A stretch of DNA of 32,000 nucleotides, from the NCBI GenBank assembly GCA_047651235.1, contig CP178758.1, positions 780,001 to 812,000 of the forward strand, in the 5' to 3' direction. The DNA is from Candidatus Electrothrix yaqonensis (GTDB taxonomy: Bacteria; Desulfobacterota; Desulfobulbia; Desulfobulbales; Desulfobulbaceae). The position numbers were made by a program, and so were the translations under genes. Shown here piece after piece: positions 25,071-32,000 of this stretch. The notes under the pieces are model-generated. The model did not search any database and was not told the origin of the DNA. It saw nothing but the letters and a program-made list of their open reading frames with translations. Within the stretch, counting starts at the first letter, position 1. Each line of letters begins with the position of its first letter.

Positions 25071-26001
25071 CTATAATTTGTACCGCTGAAAAAGCTCATC
25101 AACGGAACAGCGATGTTTTCTCCTGAGAGCTTTGGCCTGCGCCCATTTATGTTCGATGGGATTCAGGTCGGGAGAGTAAACAGGCAGGTACTCGATCAGA
25201 TGCCCGGAAGATGTTACAGCCTCCCGGATATAGCTGGAGCAACATAATTTGAATATGCCCACAAGAGGCATAAGTTTTGCCTTCACGCCTTTCAGATAGC
25301 TGATCCTGTATTCAGTTTATACTGCTCCAGCTATATCCCGACGTTTATGAAAAGAGGCGTTGTCCATGACAACCACACTGCGTTCAGGCAGTTTCGGTAA
25401 TAAATCCTGCCTGATCCATGCATAAAACACATCGGAATTGACGGTCCCGTCGAACAGAGTCACCGTCAGCAGATTTTTCCCGGACAGTGCGCCGACAGCA
25501 TTGATACGGCCCTTCTCCCGCCAATTATGAATACCGGAGCATCGTTCACCTACGGGCGCATATCCGCAGGTGCGCGGCATATCATGAGCGAAGCCGCTTT
25601 CATCAATATAAATCAGAGGAAAACCGGATTCCTCATATGTGCTGATTTTATCGACAAAGACAGAGCGTTTCTTTTCATCCGCCTTCGGATGCGAAAGAGT
25701 TTTTTTTACGGCTGATTTTCAGGCGTTTCAGAGCTTCCCCTATACCGCGCTGGCTGCATCCGAACCGTTCCGACCGTTCATACTGATACGCATCGGGATA
25801 CAGTTCAACATCACGGGCGAGCAGTTCCATGTCAATATTTGTTGCCGGTTTATTTCGGCTCCGGCAGGGTTCGACACGTTTCGTCCATCGGCTCACGCTG
25901 GATTTACCGACTCCGAAACGGGCTGCGGTTTTTTCGAAACTCAGACCGTCCCGCTCTTTGACTTCCAAAATTTTACGGCGAAAATCTATTGAATATGTCA
26001 T
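25071..26001 (-). pseudogene. IS630-family DDE transposase, interrupted by the nested MITE and by a frame change at an A8 run
   Basis: The N-terminal HTH is in ORF 25675..26001. The middle part has LIYIDESGF...VVVMDNASFHKRRDI, and the C-terminal part has REAVTSSGHLIEYLPVYSPDLNPIEHKW. The D, D, E triad context is recognisable. Removing 25231-25335 restores FHKRRDIREAVT. Confidence 0.8.
25231..25333. mobile_element. 103-bp MITE with IS630-type TIRs, nested inside the IS630 transposase gene
   Basis: The TIRs are TAGCTGGAGCAACATAA (25231-) and TTATACTGCTCCAGCTA (-25333). TA is duplicated at 25229-25230 and 25334-25335. It has no coding capacity. Confidence 0.75.
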
Positions 26002-26042
26002 GCCGATATAATACTCATTTTATTCTGCTTCAGCTATACTAT

Positions 26043-26083
26043 AAAAAAAGAGGGGTAATCACTTTTCCAGTAGATTCCCCCCC
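26043..26083 (-). terminator. Rho-independent terminator candidate downstream of pyrD
   Basis: On the minus strand, GGGG(G)AATC pairs with GATT(A)CCCC with one mismatch. TC then a T7 tract follow (A7 at 26043-26049 on the plus strand). Confidence 0.5.
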
Positions 26084-26187
26084 TTGTAAATATTAATCAT
26101 CAAGAAAATTAAAGTTGTAATTTTATACTCCTAAAAGTTGCAACATCCGGCCCGGCCAGAGAAACGCAGATTTTTCCTCGTTCCATT

Positions 26188-27159
26188 TTACTCTATCCCT
26201 GTCTTCAAGGTGCCGATAATATCAACAAGATGGTCTTCCCCTTGCTCTTGCAGATAGCTTGTTACTCCATGAACTATATTTTCTGCTGCCGAAGGATCAT
26301 AAAAATTCGCTGTGCCCACTTGAATCGCCGTGGCCCCGGCTAAGAAAAATTCCAAGGCATCGTTAGCAGTGGTAATGCCGCCGATACCGATCACAGGCAC
26401 CGAAACAGCCTGGGCAACCTGCCAGACCATGCGCAGGGCCACCGGTTTAATAGCAGGGCCAGATAGGCCGCCGATCACATTGGCCAACCTCGGTCTGCGG
26501 CTGATTGGGTCAATAGCCATACCGATCAGGGTGTTGATCAGAGAGACCGCATCTGCCCCGGCCCCTTCAACCGTCTTGGCCATAAGGACAATATCGGTCA
26601 CATTGGGCGAGAGCTTGACAATGACCGGCAGGCCGGTTGCTCTGCGCACCGCTTCGGTTACCCGCGCTGCCATCTCCGGCACGGTGCCGAAGGCGACCCC
26701 GCCTTTTTTTACATTAGGACAGGAGATATTCACCTCCAGGGCGGCGATGCCGTCCACTGCATCCAGCCTGCGGGCAATCTCGCTGTATTCTTCTACTGAA
26801 TCGCCGAGGATGTTGACTACTACCGGTGCGGTAATGGTCCGCAGATACGCTATCTTCTCCTTGATGAACCGCTCAACCCCGACATTTTCCAGCCCGATGG
26901 CGTTGAGCATACCGCAGGCAGTTTCAATAATTCTGGGCGGCGGATTTCCTGGCCTGGGTTTGAGGGAGATTCCCTTGACAATAATGCCGCCGAGCTGATC
27001 AAGATCCACCAAGTTCTCAAATTCACGGGCATAGCCGAAGGTGCCGGAAGCGGTCATGACCGGATTGGCCAGCTCAAGGGGGCCGATGCAGACCCGCAGG
27101 TCAGGCGTACTGCTCCGAGCTTTCTGTACTCTCTGTGAGGTCTCCATCATCGGCTCCAT
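26188..27159 (-). CDS. pyrD: Dihydroorotate dehydrogenase, class 1B catalytic subunit
   Basis: 323 aa. Contains NPVMTASGTFGY, GGIIVKGISL, NAIGLENVG, VNISCPNVKKGG, KLSPNVTD and GGLSGPAIKP. The start is ambiguous among Met codons at 27159, 27150 and 27147. Confidence 0.92.
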   Translation of the reverse strand: MEPMMETSQRVQKARSSTPDLRVCIGPLELANPVMTASGTFGYAREFENLVDLDQLGGIIVKGISLKPRPGNPPPRIIETACGMLNAIGLENVGVERFIKEKIAYLRTITAPVVVNILGDSVEEYSEIARRLDAVDGIAALEVNISCPNVKKGGVAFGTVPEMAARVTEAVRRATGLPVIVKLSPNVTDIVLMAKTVEGAGADAVSLINTLIGMAIDPISRRPRLANVIGGLSGPAIKPVALRMVWQVAQAVSVPVIGIGGITTANDALEFFLAGATAIQVGTANFYDPSAAENIVHGVTSYLQEQGEDHLVDIIGTLKTGIE

Positions 27160-27950
27160 TGCAGCTGATCGGCAAAAAAGACAGGCCCCTGTTTACAGAC
27201 ATGCACCAGGCCATCTTTGCCCTGCACGGTGCAGCCGAGACAGGCGCCCATGCCGCAGGCCATGTGCGTTTCCAGGGAGACCTGACAGGGCATCTCTGCC
27301 TGCCTGCATTGTTCGGCAATAGTCCGCATCATCGGATGAGGGCCGCAGGTATAGACCTGGTGTACCGCAGGCAGGACGGCATCCAGCAGATCCGGAATAA
27401 AGCCATGATGCCCCATGCTGCCGTCATCAGTGGCAGTCCGCACTGTATATCTCAAGTCGGAGAATGCCTCGACCAAGGGAGCAAGTTCATCTTTATTGCG
27501 GGCACCGAGCAGGACATAATCCTCTGCTGTTCGGTATGCTGTCCGCTGACCGCTGCTGTGCAATTTGTGCAATTGTTCCGCCAGGAAGAGGAGGGGGGCG
27601 ATGCCCATACCGCCGCCGATCAGGCAGAAAGGCCGGTCATCGGGCAGGGTGAAGCCCTTGCCCAGCGGGCCGACCAAATCCAGTTGATCGCCGACACCAC
27701 GACGGGCCAGCATCTCGGTCCCTTTACCGAGTACCTTGAAAAGCAAAGAAATATTTCCATCAGCAGAGACACGATGAATGGACAGAGGCCGCCGAAGCAG
27801 GGGATCAAGACTGTCCGTCACCCGAACCATGACGAATTGGCCCGGCAGCGCGGCTGCAGCGATATCCGGGGCCTGGAGCTGCAGGCGAAATATATCGGCT
27901 GCCAGCCGGTCAACGGCGAGAAGAATACATTTCTGCTGGAATTCTGGCAT
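27147..27950 (-). CDS. pyrK: Dihydroorotate dehydrogenase electron-transfer subunit (FAD/2Fe-2S)
   Basis: 267 aa. Contains PGQFVMVRV, RRPLSI, GGGMGIAPL and the C-terminal Cys cluster CGMGACLGCTV. It overlaps the pyrD start. Confidence 0.9.
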   Translation of the reverse strand: MPEFQQKCILLAVDRLAADIFRLQLQAPDIAAAALPGQFVMVRVTDSLDPLLRRPLSIHRVSADGNISLLFKVLGKGTEMLARRGVGDQLDLVGPLGKGFTLPDDRPFCLIGGGMGIAPLLFLAEQLHKLHSSGQRTAYRTAEDYVLLGARNKDELAPLVEAFSDLRYTVRTATDDGSMGHHGFIPDLLDAVLPAVHQVYTCGPHPMMRTIAEQCRQAEMPCQVSLETHMACGMGACLGCTVQGKDGLVHVCKQGPVFFADQLQWSR

Positions 27951-28049
27951 GAAACAGGCTAATATTTAAACGTTGAAAATGAAAGAGGAAGCAGGTTACT
28001 GATTCCGGTATAATAACCGGCACAGGCTTTTGATTCAAGAAAACATTAT

Positions 28050-28069
28050 CTCCTGTTGAAAAACAGGAG
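28050..28069 (+). promoter_or_regulatory. Perfect hairpin that includes the predicted RBS of the prepilin peptidase gene
   Basis: CTCCTGTT (28050-28057), loop GAAA, then AACAGGAG (28062-28069). The AGGAG in the 3' arm lies 10 nt upstream of ATG 28080. Confidence 0.35.
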
Positions 28070-28079
28070 CAGGACCATA

Positions 28080-28859
28080 ATGGAAATAATCTATCTTATA
28101 TACAGTTTTATTGTCGGTGCCCTTGTCGGTTCCTTTCTCAATGTGGTTATACTCCGGCTGCCGGAAGACGAATCCGTCGTCTTTCCGGCCTCACACTGCC
28201 CGAAATGCGGAACTGATTTACATTGGTATGAAAATATCCCCATCCTCAGCTATCTTGTCCTGCGCGGGAAATGCAGAACCTGCAAGGTCGGGATCTCCCT
28301 CCAGTACCCGGCTGTGGAGCTGTGCATGGCTGTACTCTCGCTGGCCTTATTCCGACAATTCGGTCTTTCTTTTCCCTTCTTTCTCTATTTTCTCTTTGTC
28401 GCAGCCCTGCTGGCGATCATTTTTATTGATATTCGTCTTCAGATTATCCCGAATAAAATCAGCCTTCCCGGCATTTTAGTCGGTCTTGCCGGATCCCTGT
28501 TCAACCCCTTGGTCTCGTGGCAGGAAGCTGCGCTGGGAGTTCTTTTCGGCGGCGGGATCCTGTACGGAGTCGCCTATGGCTACGCTCTGCTCACTAAGCG
28601 GGAGGGAATGGGAATGGGCGATGTCAAGCTGCTGGCCATGATCGGGGCCTTTCTCGGCTACAGGTGCCTGCTCTATGTGATTTTCTTCAGCTCCCTGACC
28701 GGTTCGGTTGTCGGCATTGCTGCAATGTTCTACCAGAAAAAAGGCGGCCAGACCCGGATACCCTTCGGGCCTTTTCTGTCTCTGGCAGCTATGTCCTGGA
28801 TCTTTTTTCAGGATACTATTTTTTCAGTCTGGTACTGGTATCTTTCGATATCGGGATGA
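28080..28859 (+). CDS. pilD: Prepilin peptidase / N-methyltransferase (A24 family)
   Basis: Contains SHCPKCGTDLHWYENIPILSYLVLRGKCRTCK (zinc-binding CxxC pairs) and GMGMGDVKLLAMIGAFLG (catalytic Asp region). The ORF track begins at TTG 28056; ATG 28080 is preferred because of the RBS. Confidence 0.88.
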   Translation: MEIIYLIYSFIVGALVGSFLNVVILRLPEDESVVFPASHCPKCGTDLHWYENIPILSYLVLRGKCRTCKVGISLQYPAVELCMAVLSLALFRQFGLSFPFFLYFLFVAALLAIIFIDIRLQIIPNKISLPGILVGLAGSLFNPLVSWQEAALGVLFGGGILYGVAYGYALLTKREGMGMGDVKLLAMIGAFLGYRCLLYVIFFSSLTGSVVGIAAMFYQKKGGQTRIPFGPFLSLAAMSWIFFQDTIFSVWYWYLSISG

Positions 28860-29021
28860 TGATGGAAAAAGATGCAGGGCTTCCCTCTTCAATCTGCGGG
28901 CCTGCTGTGAAGTACCGGGTCTGCTCTTCTGCAGCCTGCGGCATATTTAGAGAGATCGAAAAATCATTTTATCTTGATACCCTGCTCATAAGGACGGGAA
29001 AATTTATTCAGGAGAACAATA

Positions 29022-30506
29022 ATGAATAAAAAGAGTTACAGGAAAGTACTGGTTGAAGATATTATCGGATGGACTGACAGCGTTCTGGTCCTTGCTGCCT
29101 TTATCCTGCTGAGAAAATATTATATTGAAGGCAAGGCGCACGATTTCAACATTGTTTTTCATATGATTAAAAATATCAAGGACAACTTCCTTTATTTTTC
29201 AGTACTTGACGGTGGTAAATTTCTTGTCCTTTTCTTTGCTTGCCATACTGCTGTCTCCTATACGAGGCTGAACCGACTTTCGCTGCTGGAGAACGAAAAA
29301 TGGAAAAAGTTGATTGCAAGGCTCCTCATCACCGTAATAGTGATCGCCTCAGGCTTGATTCTGCTTGCCCATCCGCTTGGAATTATACCGCCTGATTCTT
29401 CTTTTTCCTTTTGTTTTTGTCTCGTATTACTGAGTCTGTTTTTCTGCACCAGGCTGCCTCTGTCCGCATTTCTCCGCTGGAGAAAAAAACAGAGACCGGC
29501 AAAAGAAAATCGGTGTCATGCCCTGATTGTGGGCTACTTTAATCCCCGGGCGCGCTTATTGGACAAGAAACTCTCAAAATTTAATTCGGGGTATTCACCT
29601 ATAGGTTTCGCGGATGATAAAGATTCTGATGCCATTAAAATGGAGTTTAGTGAGTTTATTCAGGACGAAAAAGACGTTGAGAGAATTTGGCATGATTTGA
29701 GGCAGGATACCATAGTTTGTTTGCTGGAGGAATTTGAAGAGTACATTTCGGTCCATCGGGTAGATGAAGTTTTTATTACGCTACCTATCAGAAGTTTTTA
29801 TGAACAAATCGATACCATTATAACCAGCTGCAGAAAACAGGGAATTAACGCCCGACTGTTTAACGAGCTGTTTAACGGTGATGCTAACGATTCTGCAGAT
29901 CGTTCATATGGTGAAGGTTACATTCTGGAAAATCTTACTGATTTTCTTGTTGATTACGATTTTATCAATCAGTCGGAATTTCATCAGGATATCAAGAGGG
30001 CCTTTGATGTGCTGCTTTCCCTGACAGCACTTGTACTGCTCTCCCCCGTCTTTCTGGCAGTGGCCGGTTTTGTGTTTCTGCTGGACGGACGGCCCGTTCT
30101 TTCTGTTCAGGAACGTGTCGGGCTGAACAAGCGGCGTTTTAAACTGTTTCAATTCAGAACCACTGTGCGGAATGCCGGAGAATCTGCTCCGAAGATGACA
30201 AAAACAGGGAAATTTCTGCTGAGAACCGGGCTGGATAATCTTCCTGAGTTGTGGAATATTCTCAAGGGCGATATGAGTTTTATCGGGCCCCGCCCATTTT
30301 CTATAGAACGGTTTAAGCGGATCCAGGAAAATACCCATCTGCGGCGTTTCAGCGTTAAACCCGGCATGACCGGACTGCAGCAGATCAACTGCGGAAATGA
30401 CGTAACACTTGAAGAAAAGATGAATATGGATCTTCAGTATATTGCGGAATGGACTCCCTGGGGGGATATCAGGATTCTGCTCAGAACGTTTTTTGCGCCG
30501 CTGTAG
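29022..30506 (+). CDS. Polyprenyl-phosphate glycosyl-1-phosphate transferase (bacterial sugar transferase, WbaP/EPS-priming type)
   Basis: 494 aa. It has N-terminal TM segments. The C-terminal part reads KRAFDVLLSLTALVLLSPVFL...KFRTT...TGLDNLPELWNILKGDMSFIGPRP. Confidence 0.85.
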   Translation: MNKKSYRKVLVEDIIGWTDSVLVLAAFILLRKYYIEGKAHDFNIVFHMIKNIKDNFLYFSVLDGGKFLVLFFACHTAVSYTRLNRLSLLENEKWKKLIARLLITVIVIASGLILLAHPLGIIPPDSSFSFCFCLVLLSLFFCTRLPLSAFLRWRKKQRPAKENRCHALIVGYFNPRARLLDKKLSKFNSGYSPIGFADDKDSDAIKMEFSEFIQDEKDVERIWHDLRQDTIVCLLEEFEEYISVHRVDEVFITLPIRSFYEQIDTIITSCRKQGINARLFNELFNGDANDSADRSYGEGYILENLTDFLVDYDFINQSEFHQDIKRAFDVLLSLTALVLLSPVFLAVAGFVFLLDGRPVLSVQERVGLNKRRFKLFQFRTTVRNAGESAPKMTKTGKFLLRTGLDNLPELWNILKGDMSFIGPRPFSIERFKRIQENTHLRRFSVKPGMTGLQQINCGNDVTLEEKMNMDLQYIAEWTPWGDIRILLRTFFAPL

Positions 30507-30581
30507 TTTATGGAATAATTCCTGCGTGTCCTGAAAAAGGTGCATGCAGGAGAGAAGCAGAGCAAGAAACGGCCTGTCCCG

Positions 30582-32000
30582 CTACCCCAGCACGGTCTGG
30601 AGTACTTCCCGTTCCAGCGGGGTGTCAAAAACAAAATGAAGGGTATACCGGTTGGTCTTTTCGTCCGCCTGACTGATTGACATGACAGTCCCCTGGACGT
30701 TCAGCTGCGGAGGAACGCCTGCGACCGGAACAGTGATGTGCAGCCGTCGGCCGAAAAGTACTCTGATGTGTTTTTTCTGGGCAAGGTGGAAATTCATGGC
30801 AAGGCCGCCCTGGGAAATATCCGAGAGCCTGCCTTTGAAACGCTGCCCCATAGCGTGCCCCAGATTGTTGATGATCTGAAATTCTATCTTGCGGGCAAGA
30901 CGGTAGCGTTCAAACATCCGTCGGTTCAGCCCCTTGCGCAGAAGCAGGCCGTGCACATCATTCGAGCGGTTGTAGAAATCGCGCAGTTTGGTTTCCAGAC
31001 CGGGAAATGCCTCCTGCCAGCGGGCAAAGCTGGAGCGCTTGAGGATCGATATGCGGCTTTCCGTCTGCGCACTCATACCGACGGTCCAGACAGAAGCCTC
31101 AAAAAAGTTTTCACCGGCCAGATCCCCCTCGCTGAGGGTTTTTACGTAGAATTTCCGGTCATTTTTCCGGTAGAACACCCGTATCATGCCCTGATTGACA
31201 AAAAACAGCTCGTCGTTTCTGTCTCCCTGATGAACCAGTATTTCTTCCGGTTCCAGCTGACGGTTTTCCAGTTCATGGTAAATCGCGCTGAACTCCTCTG
31301 CGGTAAGTTCATGGAGAAGGTTTGACCAGATATCAAGATAACTGCGTACCCGGACGCCGCTTTTTTTCTGCTCGATCAGCTCGGAGGACTGAATGATTTC
31401 CGTCAGCGCATTGGGATTGATTTCATTAAAACGTTCTTTGAGCCGTTCTGCATTATGTAAATCGTTACTTTCCATACATTCGACAATAAGATCAAAAAGC
31501 CGGTGTGTGGCTTCCGCCTGATTACCGGCCATGGCAATCCGCAGGATATTGGTTTCTCTGGCCGCAACAGGATTATTCTTCACAGGGACATGCAGTGCCT
31601 CAGCAGATGAACGGTGCAGCTTGTGTTTTCCGCCGTGGTTGATGTTCCGGACAGCCTGTTCCGCTGCCTGCAGGAGCTTTTTCACCGAAACAGTGCTGTC
31701 ATTATCGTCCGTTGTATTGGAGGCGATAATTTTTTTCAGGGAGGGCAACGCCTTGACGGAACCGATCTTGCCAAGTGTTCTGCAGATCGTGGTCTGCAGC
31801 TGATATCCGGCTTTGGTACGGATCAGACATGCTTCGTCCAGCAGGTCCACCAGCGGCGTGACCAGACTGTTGTCCGGGATATCCCCGAGCAGAGCAACAA
31901 CAGGTTCTTTCAGTTCCCGGGGGACAGTCTGTAATGCATGGAGAAAAAAAGATTTTTTTTCATGTGCATCAATTCTGCTGGCTGCTCTCAGCACCTCCCC
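30582..32000 (-). CDS. Partial (N-terminus beyond the window) multidomain protein: HEAT-like repeats, CAP_ED (cNMP-binding-like) domain, C-terminal PilZ domain
   Basis: The PilZ motifs are RRMFER (RxxxR) and DISQGG (DxSxxG). The CAP_ED-like segment is ILVHQGDRNDELFFVNQGMIRVFY...GDLAGENFFE. The HEAT-like segment is LLGDIPDNSLVTPLVDLL...LGKIGSVKALPSLKKII. Confidence 0.75.
   Translation of the reverse strand, partial: GEVLRAASRIDAHEKKSFFLHALQTVPRELKEPVVALLGDIPDNSLVTPLVDLLDEACLIRTKAGYQLQTTICRTLGKIGSVKALPSLKKIIASNTTDDNDSTVSVKKLLQAAEQAVRNINHGGKHKLHRSSAEALHVPVKNNPVAARETNILRIAMAGNQAEATHRLFDLIVECMESNDLHNAERLKERFNEINPNALTEIIQSSELIEQKKSGVRVRSYLDIWSNLLHELTAEEFSAIYHELENRQLEPEEILVHQGDRNDELFFVNQGMIRVFYRKNDRKFYVKTLSEGDLAGENFFEASVWTVGMSAQTESRISILKRSSFARWQEAFPGLETKLRDFYNRSNDVHGLLLRKGLNRRMFERYRLARKIEFQIINNLGHAMGQRFKGRLSDISQGGLAMNFHLAQKKHIRVLFGRRLHITVPVAGVPPQLNVQGTVMSISQADEKTNRYTLHFVFDTPLEREVLQTVLG

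Larger units (their letters stand above)
25050..26036 (-). mobile_element. IS630-family (Tc1/mariner-like) insertion sequence with TA target duplication
   Basis: The left TIR is TAGCTGGAGCAATATAAA (from 25050). The right TIR is TTTATTCTGCTTCAGCTA (to 26036), which is TAGCTGAAGCAGAATAAA as reverse complement. Both ends are flanked by TA (25048-25049 and 26037-26038). Confidence 0.85.

Overview
The window looks like it comes from an anaerobe with a Wood-Ljungdahl (reductive acetyl-CoA) pathway. The gene content resembles Desulfobacterota, but that taxon call is inference only.

Layout:
- 1-5.3 kb: a graveyard of inactivated mobile elements. It holds a truncated RelE/ParE toxin, a frameshifted DDE_Tnp_4 IS with intact 13-bp TIRs, a multiply frameshifted IS701-type transposase, an IS200 tnpA fragment, and a carA 5' fragment joined to an ISAs1 remnant. 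One flavoprotein gene in this stretch is intact.
- 5.4-6.6 kb: a secreted peptidoglycan-binding-like protein and an SGNH hydrolase.
- 7.2-18.25 kb: the core acetyl-CoA pathway cluster, folD - cooS/acsA - metF::acsD (a single 879-aa fusion ORF) - acsB - [two AT-rich foreign genes] - acsC.
- 18.25-21.2 kb: an AT-rich accessory island. It holds a BrnT toxin remnant, an inverted-repeat element, a TM + GAF-like orphan, a Uma2 nuclease and a DUF6155-like gene.
- 21.2-24.9 kb: hdrA (tandem-module form) and mvhD. Each has an in-frame TGA at a conserved Cys position, so both are predicted selenoproteins. A clean terminator follows.
- 25.05-26.04 kb: an IS630-family element that itself carries a nested 103-bp MITE with the same TIRs.
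- 26.2-32 kb: pyrD/pyrK, a prepilin peptidase, a polyprenyl-phosphate sugar transferase, and a partial HEAT/cNMP-like/PilZ protein.

Best candidates for something undescribed:
- the two-gene membrane-protein + PD-(D/E)xK cassette wedged between acsB and acsC
- the MetF-AcsD fusion with its long Ala/Glu/Lys helical tether
- the very AT-rich TM-GAF-like orphan

All calls rest on reading the sequence and ORF translations by eye. No searches were run.
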